From a virus (lineage: Duplodnaviria > Caudoviricetes): a stretch of DNA of 64,000 nucleotides. Positions within the stretch are counted from its first letter, which is position 1; every line of letters starts with the position of its first letter. The stretch lies in IMG/VR virus record IMGVR_UViG_3300025400_000015, positions 967 through 64,966 of that record; one strand, given 5' to 3'. Below are positions 7,889 to 17,426 of this stretch, piece after piece. The notes beneath the pieces are model-generated. The model was not told the DNA's origin. It did not search any database and saw only the letters and a list, made by a program, of their open reading frames with translations. The position numbers and the translations under genes are program-made.

Positions 7889-10800
7889 CTAGTTACCGTA
7901 CTTGTTTGGCAGTGAAGCCAAAGCGTGTTGAATAAAATATGCCTGGGTCTTAAATTGCGGGTCCGCGGCGACTTCTTGGCACCAGTTGTACCACTGGTTC
8001 TCAAGGCCCGTGGCGCTGCCGTTGCCGCTAATTATTGCCTGCACCTTGGACACAACCGAGTCGTAGTTTTCAAGAACGAACGCAAACTTTTTTCGGTCGG
8101 TTTTGGTCATGATGTTTTCTGTAACCAATGGGTCCTTAACCAAGGAGCGCATTTCGTTAATAGAGTTGATCTCTGCGTTGTACCGAGATGCACCCTGGAA
8201 GTTGGAAAGCCACGTTGGGTTCATCGAGCGACCGTAATTTAATGCCTGGTCGTTCAACGCCTTGTATTCCTGGTAGCCAATGTTTGTGCCCGGGGCCATT
8301 CCGTTACCACCAAAAGCAGGCTGAGCGGCCAAATAGTTGTAGTAATAGTCATTGCCTGCGGCCACAAGAATTGCGTCCAAGTATTGCTGTGGGGTATCCT
8401 TGGCTCGAAGGTTAAGAGAAACCTCAAGCGTGTAGGCCACAGGCGAGTACTTGCCATTGCGGCTAATGGTGTAGGCAAAAGCGTACGGGTATTTGGCAGC
8501 AAGCTGCTGGCCTTGCACCGTTGACAGAATTGCCGCACTTGACACCGTTTCTGGGTACGGCGTGTAATTGCTGGAGCTGTGGGCAACAAGGTCAAAAATG
8601 TTGTTGGGGTATTCAACCGCAAACTTATTAGCCGCTTCGGTAAAAGGCATGCGCGCCGACAGCGCCTGAAATTCTGGGCTCTTTGAGAACTGTTCCTGAA
8701 TACTTAAAGCCGCAGGGGAAGCAAACGCCAATACGCCCTTGACAAGCATCATCATGACAGCTGCACCGCGAGCGTGGTCCAAGAACGTTTGGAAGTTCTG
8801 AGGATTGTTGAAGTAGTCAGAAACATACAAGTCAGCTTGTGCACGAAGGAACGCAATCTTTTCGTTGGGGGTCCATGGTTGGCCGGTGTTGGGGTTTGTC
8901 TGCTCCAACGCTTTTTGGTAGTGCTTCCATGCCAAGTCATATTGCTGCGAGTACAGGTTGTCCAACGCATTGTTAAGAACCAAGTTTTCAGTGCTTCGCA
9001 TAGCAGACGTGTTTAGGTCAGTAATGCCCGCAGCGTTTGCCAGCGCGACCGAAGCGTCCAAAAGGTTGCGGCCAATGGTACTTGGAAAGAAGTCACTGTA
9101 CAAAGACGAGTTGTTTGAGACTGGACCAAGGATTGCCGCCAAAACTTTTGTGGCCAAAACGCCTGAGCTGGTTGCTCCGCTAAACATCTTTTCGGCAATC
9201 TTCAACGGCATTGTGACTAGCGGGCCCCACGATGGGCGGAACAAACCAAGGGCACCAGCAGCGCCGCTTTCTGATCCGGTGGGCACAACCGATGCAATTG
9301 AACCCGGGTCAATGGAAAGCCCAAAACCAAGGTGGCCAAATGCGCCGTTTGTAAAGCTGCCGACGTTGCCGCCAATTACACCAGCGTTGCCCAAGAACGT
9401 AGATCCTGGGACAGCAATGCTTGGGTTATTGCCGCCAGCCGAAGCATTGCTAATGTAATTGGTGACACCAAGGCAAAGTTTCAAGTATCGCTCAAACGCG
9501 CCTGGGTCATTGCGAAGCACGCGGAAAGCACGACGCCATGCCTGGTTCTGGGCAAAGTAGAACGGCGCAAGCACGCGCATGTTTACTTCCCACAAGGTCT
9601 TGTCTTGTGGGTTGTGAACGTATTTGTGCATGTTAATAAACGCGTCACGGTCTGCAATCATGTGAGCCGTTGGTTCGTCAATCAAGTTGCGTTCAATAAG
9701 CGGGCGCAAACGCTCCATCTGCAAATGCTGTTCAAGCAAAAAGATTGGTTCGCGAACCATCTTGTTTACAATTGGCCCAAGGACTGCGTCGTGTCCTTTT
9801 TCGGCTACACGAGTAATAAGGTCGGACATCGAACCTTCAACAAGGCCGCTGTGGCCGCCGATCGAAGGGATGTCTTCAGGGGCAAGATTGCCCATCTTTC
9901 GGACATCTTCGCGGAAGTCTTCAAGGCCCTTAAGCTTGTCTGGGTTTGCCGCCTGGGTTACAAGTGCTGGGTGAAAATAGTGGTCAACGTATTGCAACGT
10001 GCCATTGTTGTCCTCAAAGTAACCGCTACCAGAAACGCTGGCAATAGCGTTTTCGGCAATGACGGCAGCCCACTCTTCGTGCGCGTTGCTGCGAGCAAAT
10101 TTGCTTGTTGGCGGGATGCGGCCCGTGTCGCGCTGGAAACGGGAAACCTCTTCTGGCGGCAATGCCTCGATGGTTTCAAGAGCCTTCTTTTCCATTGCTG
10201 CCCGCAACGCGTCAACTTCAGTTGGCCCTATGTACTTAACGCCTTGGCGAATAATTTCTTCGCGAGTAAACCCAAATTCATCTTTTGGGTCGGTAATTGC
10301 ACCGTGAACAACTGCTTGCTGAAGGCCATAATTGTACAGCCATTCTTCCATTTCTTTTGAAACAGGAGCAAGCAACGGGTCGTTGGCAATACGAGCAATC
10401 TGCATGCGCAAGTCTGACTCGTAATTAGGGGCGCCAGGCATTGACAATGCAACGCCATTGCGTCCGTGCTTGGTTGACGGAACCCATTCGCCATTGTCGT
10501 TCTTTTCAAGAAGGATGCCAGACATTGTCTGCTCAACGGTCTTTTCATCAAAAACATCGTTCTTGGAACTGTGAACGCCACCGGGCAAGTGTCCATCGTG
10601 TCGCATGATAGTGCCGACAAAGTCGTCAAGCATGCGGTTGCGCTTTGCCTGATCCATGCCAAGAATCAAATTCTTTTGCATGCCTGTAAGGACACCGGCA
10701 ACAACGTCGCGAATCAGCTTGCCTTCGTACGCATCGCGAACGTAAGAATTAAATTCTTCCACGCTCATCTTTTGAGGGTCGAGTCCCTGTTTGGCCAAAC

Positions 10801-13800
10801 GGGCAGCAACTTCGTCTGCCTTTTCACGGAACAAACGAGCGCCATACGCTTCATGCTTGGCGATCGAGGCCATGACTTTTGCATCAAAAGATTGCCAGCC
10901 GCCAAAACGAAGACTGTTCAACATAGCTTCTGAGGCGCCTACGCGCAGGGCCCAGCCACCAGAAAACAAAGCCATTGGCACAAAAGTGCGGCTAAGGAAT
11001 CGATTGATGGCGTCAACCGTGTATTGCCAACCCATGATGTACGGGCTGCGCTTGCTGTACAAACGAGCAAGCTCTGTCTGCAAATTGGTTTCCGGTTTTT
11101 CGGCAAGAATTTCTTGGAAATTTTTACGGTCAATGTTGGCCGAACGAATTCCCAAAGGAAGGTCTTCGGAATTGCCTAGGTAGCGGCTTTCCATAAAATT
11201 GTCAAAGACATTGTCCAGCAGTTCTGAAGAAAGCTTGTTTTTCATGCCGCTTAAAACGGAAGCAATAACAGAATGACCAAAATTTATCATTAAGTTTTCT
11301 TTGCCCGCTTCGGAAACAATTGGCGACAAAAGGTCCATTGTTCGTACCGCCAAAGATTCGGCAAAAAATTCGTCAACGCCGTGAAGCCAATAGTTTCGCC
11401 CATACGCGCTCATGGTGTAACCGGACAAGCGCGTAAAATCAATTGTCTTTGGATCAATCGGGTTGGTTCCGTTTACGTCCAAAATGTGATTGATGTAATC
11501 CATTTCCTCGCCATGAGAATGTACCCATCCAAGGGGAACGCCATCTTCTGTGTCTTTGTTCATGTAATCCCAAAGCGGGTGTTCCTGGAAAAACTTCTCT
11601 CGTGCGCGGTCAAAATCGTTTTCCATTTGCGCAACGTATTCTTCGGGAAGGTACGTGGAGAGGTGGTGGAACAATTCATGATATACACTGAAATCAAAAT
11701 TTAACGGGGCTTCAAGTGCGGCGCTGTAAATGTTTAATATTTTTTGACCAAACATGTACGACGCAAATGCGTCTGGATGGTCGCTACCAACCATAGCAAT
11801 GACACCCGCAAAAAATTTTGGTCCGATTCGGTTTACAAAATCAAGAAGTTCTTTTTCGTAATTGTCTGTTTTTTCGGCAAAGAATTTTTCAATAGCGGCC
11901 ATTTCTTCAGGCGACGACGACTTAAATGTTTCCCGAAGTTTTTCAAGATCTGCTTTTTCTACAAGATCTTTATGCGTCTCAACAAGGTCTTTAATAAGCC
12001 GTTCGCCTTCTGGCGACGTGTCTTGTCGAGCACGAATAAAACTGTCAATTTTTGGAGGCGTGACAATAAAGTCCCGCTTCATTCCCTTGGGCATGTACCC
12101 CTTACGAAGCACTTCGCTCAAAGACCCAACATTCCATCGAGCTTCTTTAAGGTCTTCGGCAAGCCCAGCTAATTCACGCAAACCATAAACCGGAGATGCA
12201 AGAGGGCTTTGCATTGAATTTATAAATTGGTTCGTTGCCGAGATTTTTCCACGAACCTTTTCAAGCTCGTCCATCAAAAATTGTGGCGACGAAACGTTCA
12301 GGTCAAATCCAGAATGGGCGGTAATAACTCTGCTTGAAAAAATGCGCGTGTTGTTGAACGCAGCAATTCGGTCTTCAATTTCGCGCTTTTGCTGAAACAA
12401 GAAACGCAGCTTTGCTTCAAAAACATTAGCCGCGTGAACAAAATGCTCAACTTCGGAAGGCTCGGGCATTGATTCGCTCGCCCCGAATTCGTACATTGGG
12501 CTAAGGCCTGTTTTAAGAATTTTTGAAAGTTCGGCTTCGGCTTCTTCGTAGCCGTCAATAAACTTGCCCTTTTTAAGCGGCGGCTCCGTTGTCCACTTTT
12601 CAATGTCTTCCCGGTTGTGATCAATGATCATATTTTCGGGTTCGCCTAATTTACGGGCCCCACCTTCAGACATGGTAATCGCAGGTGCATCTTTTTCCCC
12701 GGCAATGGCGTGCAACGCTTGAAGCAAGGCTGCACGGGCTTCTTTGTTCTTTGCCCCAAGGTTGTGGATTGTAAACGACCCGTCTCTTTCGGCAACATAA
12801 TTAAGAACACCAACCATGCCTCCGATTTCGTCACGGGCAACAACAATGTTTGAAGGCAAGTCGCCAAACCGCCGTTGAGCATTAAACCGCTCAAGGGCGC
12901 TGACCATTTGATCCAGGGTTTCGCTTGTGCCGTTAACAACCGTTTTTTGCGTGATTTTTTTAAATTCAGCAGCAAAGTGTTCATTAACAATTTCATGAAG
13001 CAAATAAGCGTGGGCAACGTCCGCTGGCGTATCGTTAACGTAAGCGTTTTTTCCCTGAAGCTTGTTCAGCCATGTTGGGTCATCGGCCAAACGTTCTTTT
13101 ACATATTCGCGAAATTTTTCAGCGACTTCTTTGGCGCTGCCATCTGGGCCAACCTTAAACGGATTGGCCCATTTTGACCCTTCACCAACAAACACAGAGT
13201 CTTTAGGAACAGCAAGACCGGGCTTAGTTACATAACCGGCTTTAAACCCAAGGCCTATTCCATAACTTTTTTGTTTATTGCGAATTGATTCATCAATCAA
13301 ATGTTTAATAACGTCACCATGGCAAGCCAACGGCGAGCAGTTGCAGGAAATGTTTTTGCCCTTAAGCGGGTCCAGCCAATCCGGTTCTTCAGCCAAACGC
13401 TTTTTTGCGTACTCATAAAACTTTTCAATAACTTCTTCACGGGTTCCGTCCGGGCCAATCTTAAATGGATTGCCCCATGGCGTTCCTCTCCCAACATATA
13501 TGGCGTCTTCCGGAGCGTCCTTTTTGTTAAAAACGCCCTTAACCGAAATTGCTTCTTTGAACTTTTGACCCCTTGTTTTGGGTGAATCGCCGCTTGGGTA
13601 TTGTGCCCGCTCTTCTGGCGTTAAGGCTTTTTGAAATTCGGAACGAATATCAGTAAGCAACTGGCCAAGTTTGTTTTGCCCAGGGATGCCAGCGCACTTG
13701 CCACAGGAACAATCGCCCCACGTATTGTCGTGCCAGGTGTTTACCTCAACAAGTTTTGCGTCACCAGTTTGCAACAACAAATCGCGCATGCCCGGTTCGC

Positions 13801-16800
13801 TAAACTTTTGGCGCACCAAGTTTTTCATTACGTCTTCGCGTATTAAATTCCAATCTTCGCGCAATGGGTTTTTGCGGCCAAGCCTACGTGCAGCATTTGG
13901 GTGATTGGCGTTGCGAATTTGTTCGCGCAAGTCTTTGTCGGTTGTTTTGGCTGCTTGAAATGCGTGCTCTACCGTTGGGTATGTCTTGCCTTCAAACACA
14001 ACGGGCGACTCATGGAAGTTGGAAAGGAATCTAAATTCGCCCTTAAAACCGTTTTCTTCTAATTCAATTTGTTTTAGGGTAAGTTCGCGTTTATAATTTT
14101 CGGAAGCCTCGCGCAAACGCGTAGCTTGCTGTTTGGCTTCTTCAACAAAATCGTCATGCTTTTCGGCCGCAAAGGGATTGCCAATCTCGGGCTCCGAAGG
14201 ATAATGGTCAACTTCTCCATTGAAATTTTCTAAATCAAGAATTTGCTGTTTTAATTCTTCGGGGTAATCGGTAAAGTCGTACCGATCTTCAGCTTTGACG
14301 TTTGCGTAAATATGACGTTCTTTGATGTATGGCTTAGTTGCGTTTTCAACAACTCCGTCGCGCGAAACACGCGCATACTCCGCCAAACGAAGCTTTTGTT
14401 CCAAGCTCAAAAGCCGTGGTTCAATTTCTTTACCTGCCAGCGTGGTGTACAAAACGCCCGAGATGCGACGCATCTCTTTGGCCAAACCACGAAGTTCTGC
14501 GGCACGTGGAATGCGCAGTTCGCCAAGGTGGGTAGAACCAATACCAGCGAATCCTTCAAGGCCAGTCTTGGAGTTGCCCACGCGTGAAAGGACGCGGCCC
14601 TCCTTACCGGCTACATACAAGCCGCGATCGCCACCGCCGTCAAGGCCGGTCAGCTTCATAACTTCTTCCCAGATTTTGTTACCCATGGTGTGGGTCAAAA
14701 TGCCAAGTTCGCCCTTTTCAAGACCAGCAACGGCGCGACGCATCGTGGCGTAATACATTGCCTGGCGGTATGCATTGATGTATTCCTGCGGCCCTTCGGC
14801 GTGAAGCAACAAGTCGCCAACAGCCTTAACGGCGTCTTCGTGCATAAGGGATGAACGCAAAAGGTCCATGATTGCTGGAATGGCGTTAACACTGCCTGGG
14901 CGAATAATTTTGTTTTCGATCTTGCCGGTCAGCTCATCAATGTACGATGAGTCGCGGGTAAAACGCGTGGCCAGCCAACGAAAGAATGCAGCGGTGCCAC
15001 GAATGCTTTCGTCAGGCAAAGCAAACAACAAAGCGCTGTTGGGTTTAATGTCAACGCCTGTTTCTTCGCGAATGACTTTCCATACGGACTGAATAAAAGC
15101 ACCGTCGGAATTAAGCAGATTACCCAGAATGTGAAACCGGCGTCCAAGGTCGCCCTTTAGTTCTGCCTTGAAAATTTCGTACATGCTCATGCTGGGCATC
15201 ATGCCATTTACAATGCTGCTGCCTTCAGCTATGTCACGGAAAACCGCAAGGACCCCCTCTTCCGTGTTTGCTTCGCCCAGTCGCTTAATAAGCGTTCCAG
15301 CCTTAACGCTTTTGTCGGCAGAATCTTGAAACGTGTTGCGGAATGTATCCAAGATTTCCGATGCGCTGTGACTGGCAATGTAGTGAACTGCATTGCGCAC
15401 ACGTGCGTACTGCTGGTACGCAAGGTCAACGTCGTCCGCGTTGCGAATGCCAAGTCCGCTAAACCAAGCGCCCAGTGTGCCAGTAAAACCAGCAAACGAT
15501 CGTGAAGTGTGCAAGACTTTGCCGTACGCGCCCAATGGGTCGGTACCAAGCCATTTGGTGTAAAAATCGGTCAAACCGGACACCGGAGCGAAGAAAGGGT
15601 TGCCCTTGTCGATGCCAAAATACTGAGCCAACATTTGGCCATCAGTGCCAATTATTTTGCCATTTGCGTCATAGGCATTTCCGTCACGTGTCTTATTCCA
15701 AAGATCAATCAACGGCTGGTCATTGCTGTTAAGAACATTTTCTTGATTCACCAAATACATGGCGTTTAAACGAACGCTGGACGTGGCCTTGCCTGCCAAT
15801 CGAGCGGTTTTCATTAAATAACCCAAAGGGCGGAATGCTGCCTGCGAAGCAAGGTCCGCCAACTTGTATGCAGTGCCTCGGTCGGTGCCTGCAAACTTGC
15901 CCGATTGCAATTCGCGTTCGGCGCCAATCTTAAGGCGCTCTACAATTGCCTGTGTGCTGCGTTGTTCTGCGGCTTTAATGGCAGCTTGGGTTTCTTCGTC
16001 TAGCGTCTTTCCCGCAGCTTTTGCTGCATTGCCCATTGCAACCAATCGGCTGTCTTCCGCCATTTGTATTGACGCTTGAAGCGCTTCGGCATTTGCCGCA
16101 GCAACAGATGCGTCGGTTGACGCGCCATCGGTTGCAAGCCCCGCAAGGATGGATGGAAGCATGTAGGAAAGTGCATAATTCCAACCACGCTGAGCAGCCA
16201 ACGACTCGGTGAACGCCATTGTGTGCGACATCAATTGGTATGCGTTTTGCTGGCTCCACGGATCGATCAGGCGAGTTACGCTAAGCGCAACGTTGTTTGC
16301 GGTGTTGTAAGCATCGCCAAGGCCTACAAGTGGATTCCCTTGAAAACCGTTTGGCCCAAAAAAACCAATAGTGGCAATTTCGTCAGTGGTTAACATTCCT
16401 CGCAAAGCAATGTTTTTTCCCCAATCGGCAAGGCCCCCAAGGCCTTGGCCGACCCCACTTACTTTGTCCATAATGTTGTTGCCTATTGACCCCCAGAATC
16501 CATACTGGGCTTCACTGGCAGCAGTTTCCTGCACGCTGTCATTTAAAACGTTGTATCCGTCTTTAACAACGTTTGTTGCGGCGTCCCACAAACCTGACGG
16601 GGCACCCTGCAAAAAATTGCTTGCGCCTCTCCATGCATTTGACCACATGCCCGAAACGTCATTTGTGAAGTGGCCCCAACCACCATCGTTGTTTGCATAC
16701 CCGTGTACGTATCGACCGATCTGGTTATACGCAGTCAAGTACTTAACGGCATTTGAAATCTGGGTAGGGCTTGCATTGTCCATGCGAGCAAGGCTTGCAA

Positions 16801-16990
16801 TTGTTGAAGGGTTCTGGGCAATCAATGGATTGATTGAAGTAATACGGGCAAGGCCGTGTTGTTGCGTTGGGCTTAATGCATTCATGGCGTCGGAGTCAAT
16901 ATTCTCCTGCGCCAAAGCAATTGCCTTTTGGCCAATCGGGCTTGTCGTTGGCGTGCTTTGCTCTAATGGGATTCCATTGATTGAGGGCAT
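7889..16990 (-). CDS. Giant (3033 aa) internal virion/ejection protein, polyvalent: inserted NADAR, 2x DUF4326-like, GNAT-like and zincin-like domains
   Basis: Homologous to 50271..56456 (LRV.ASEA.LN, REP.FL..H..ME.LR, YVHNP, PF.FA.NQA.RR). Inserts carry FLSNF/TVEHAFQAAK/GQNKLG, YVGRGTPWGNPF...CNCSPLACHGDV and HELFH...DEFFAE motifs. Confidence 0.8.
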   Translation of the reverse strand: MPSINGIPLEQSTPTTSPIGQKAIALAQENIDSDAMNALSPTQQHGLARITSINPLIAQNPSTIASLARMDNASPTQISNAVKYLTAYNQIGRYVHGYANNDGGWGHFTNDVSGMWSNAWRGASNFLQGAPSGLWDAATNVVKDGYNVLNDSVQETAASEAQYGFWGSIGNNIMDKVSGVGQGLGGLADWGKNIALRGMLTTDEIATIGFFGPNGFQGNPLVGLGDAYNTANNVALSVTRLIDPWSQQNAYQLMSHTMAFTESLAAQRGWNYALSYMLPSILAGLATDGASTDASVAAANAEALQASIQMAEDSRLVAMGNAAKAAGKTLDEETQAAIKAAEQRSTQAIVERLKIGAERELQSGKFAGTDRGTAYKLADLASQAAFRPLGYLMKTARLAGKATSSVRLNAMYLVNQENVLNSNDQPLIDLWNKTRDGNAYDANGKIIGTDGQMLAQYFGIDKGNPFFAPVSGLTDFYTKWLGTDPLGAYGKVLHTSRSFAGFTGTLGAWFSGLGIRNADDVDLAYQQYARVRNAVHYIASHSASEILDTFRNTFQDSADKSVKAGTLIKRLGEANTEEGVLAVFRDIAEGSSIVNGMMPSMSMYEIFKAELKGDLGRRFHILGNLLNSDGAFIQSVWKVIREETGVDIKPNSALLFALPDESIRGTAAFFRWLATRFTRDSSYIDELTGKIENKIIRPGSVNAIPAIMDLLRSSLMHEDAVKAVGDLLLHAEGPQEYINAYRQAMYYATMRRAVAGLEKGELGILTHTMGNKIWEEVMKLTGLDGGGDRGLYVAGKEGRVLSRVGNSKTGLEGFAGIGSTHLGELRIPRAAELRGLAKEMRRISGVLYTTLAGKEIEPRLLSLEQKLRLAEYARVSRDGVVENATKPYIKERHIYANVKAEDRYDFTDYPEELKQQILDLENFNGEVDHYPSEPEIGNPFAAEKHDDFVEEAKQQATRLREASENYKRELTLKQIELEENGFKGEFRFLSNFHESPVVFEGKTYPTVEHAFQAAKTTDKDLREQIRNANHPNAARRLGRKNPLREDWNLIREDVMKNLVRQKFSEPGMRDLLLQTGDAKLVEVNTWHDNTWGDCSCGKCAGIPGQNKLGQLLTDIRSEFQKALTPEERAQYPSGDSPKTRGQKFKEAISVKGVFNKKDAPEDAIYVGRGTPWGNPFKIGPDGTREEVIEKFYEYAKKRLAEEPDWLDPLKGKNISCNCSPLACHGDVIKHLIDESIRNKQKSYGIGLGFKAGYVTKPGLAVPKDSVFVGEGSKWANPFKVGPDGSAKEVAEKFREYVKERLADDPTWLNKLQGKNAYVNDTPADVAHAYLLHEIVNEHFAAEFKKITQKTVVNGTSETLDQMVSALERFNAQRRFGDLPSNIVVARDEIGGMVGVLNYVAERDGSFTIHNLGAKNKEARAALLQALHAIAGEKDAPAITMSEGGARKLGEPENMIIDHNREDIEKWTTEPPLKKGKFIDGYEEAEAELSKILKTGLSPMYEFGASESMPEPSEVEHFVHAANVFEAKLRFLFQQKREIEDRIAAFNNTRIFSSRVITAHSGFDLNVSSPQFLMDELEKVRGKISATNQFINSMQSPLASPVYGLRELAGLAEDLKEARWNVGSLSEVLRKGYMPKGMKRDFIVTPPKIDSFIRARQDTSPEGERLIKDLVETHKDLVEKADLEKLRETFKSSSPEEMAAIEKFFAEKTDNYEKELLDFVNRIGPKFFAGVIAMVGSDHPDAFASYMFGQKILNIYSAALEAPLNFDFSVYHELFHHLSTYLPEEYVAQMENDFDRAREKFFQEHPLWDYMNKDTEDGVPLGWVHSHGEEMDYINHILDVNGTNPIDPKTIDFTRLSGYTMSAYGRNYWLHGVDEFFAESLAVRTMDLLSPIVSEAGKENLMINFGHSVIASVLSGMKNKLSSELLDNVFDNFMESRYLGNSEDLPLGIRSANIDRKNFQEILAEKPETNLQTELARLYSKRSPYIMGWQYTVDAINRFLSRTFVPMALFSGGWALRVGASEAMLNSLRFGGWQSFDAKVMASIAKHEAYGARLFREKADEVAARLAKQGLDPQKMSVEEFNSYVRDAYEGKLIRDVVAGVLTGMQKNLILGMDQAKRNRMLDDFVGTIMRHDGHLPGGVHSSKNDVFDEKTVEQTMSGILLEKNDNGEWVPSTKHGRNGVALSMPGAPNYESDLRMQIARIANDPLLAPVSKEMEEWLYNYGLQQAVVHGAITDPKDEFGFTREEIIRQGVKYIGPTEVDALRAAMEKKALETIEALPPEEVSRFQRDTGRIPPTSKFARSNAHEEWAAVIAENAIASVSGSGYFEDNNGTLQYVDHYFHPALVTQAANPDKLKGLEDFREDVRKMGNLAPEDIPSIGGHSGLVEGSMSDLITRVAEKGHDAVLGPIVNKMVREPIFLLEQHLQMERLRPLIERNLIDEPTAHMIADRDAFINMHKYVHNPQDKTLWEVNMRVLAPFYFAQNQAWRRAFRVLRNDPGAFERYLKLCLGVTNYISNASAGGNNPSIAVPGSTFLGNAGVIGGNVGSFTNGAFGHLGFGLSIDPGSIASVVPTGSESGAAGALGLFRPSWGPLVTMPLKIAEKMFSGATSSGVLATKVLAAILGPVSNNSSLYSDFFPSTIGRNLLDASVALANAAGITDLNTSAMRSTENLVLNNALDNLYSQQYDLAWKHYQKALEQTNPNTGQPWTPNEKIAFLRAQADLYVSDYFNNPQNFQTFLDHARGAAVMMMLVKGVLAFASPAALSIQEQFSKSPEFQALSARMPFTEAANKFAVEYPNNIFDLVAHSSSNYTPYPETVSSAAILSTVQGQQLAAKYPYAFAYTISRNGKYSPVAYTLEVSLNLRAKDTPQQYLDAILVAAGNDYYYNYLAAQPAFGGNGMAPGTNIGYQEYKALNDQALNYGRSMNPTWLSNFQGASRYNAEINSINEMRSLVKDPLVTENIMTKTDRKKFAFVLENYDSVVSKVQAIISGNGSATGLENQWYNWCQEVAADPQFKTQAYFIQHALASLPNKYGN

Positions 16991-16997
16991 TTAGCTC

Positions 16998-17423
16998 CTA
17001 AATTCCAAGAGCACGGGCTGCGTTAGCCATGCTGTTCATAAGTGATGTTGCACCAAGGCCTTGCGAACCCATTGAAAAAATTTGGCTCAGGGCTGGGGGT
17101 TGCGTTTGCGATGGACCAGCGCCAGGGCCAAATGGCAAACCCGCAGTAACGGGTTCGTTGGGGCGCTGCGTAGGAGCAATGTACGGAATGTCACCCGGCT
17201 TTACTGGTGGGGCCGACTGCATCTGCGCCATTGGTCGAGGGGCGGGAGCGGCAGCAACCGGGGAAGAACCCATTGGCACGATTTGCTGCGCTTCCCGCTG
17301 AGCTGTGGCCTTGCCGTACTCTTGGTTGGGCACGGTGGAAATTGGCATGTTTAAATCAGAACGATTGCCATATGCCGTACCCGGGGTTCCCTGTCGACGG
17401 CCGCCGTGACTTTTGCGTGGCAT
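16998..17423 (-). CDS. Pro/Ala-rich virion-associated protein
   Basis: Homologue at 56453..56875 (PT.RPNEPVTAGLPFGPG); directly after portal. Confidence 0.75.
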   Translation of the reverse strand: MPRKSHGGRRQGTPGTAYGNRSDLNMPISTVPNQEYGKATAQREAQQIVPMGSSPVAAAPAPRPMAQMQSAPPVKPGDIPYIAPTQRPNEPVTAGLPFGPGAGPSQTQPPALSQIFSMGSQGLGATSLMNSMANAARALGI

Positions 17424-17426
17424 TTA

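Noticed and set aside
7889-16990. Virion RNA polymerase (N4-like) or tape measure for the giant ORF
   Set aside because: No recognisable single-subunit RNAP or DxDGD motifs. There are no tail-tube or chaperone genes for a long tail, and the position fits a podoviral ejection protein.
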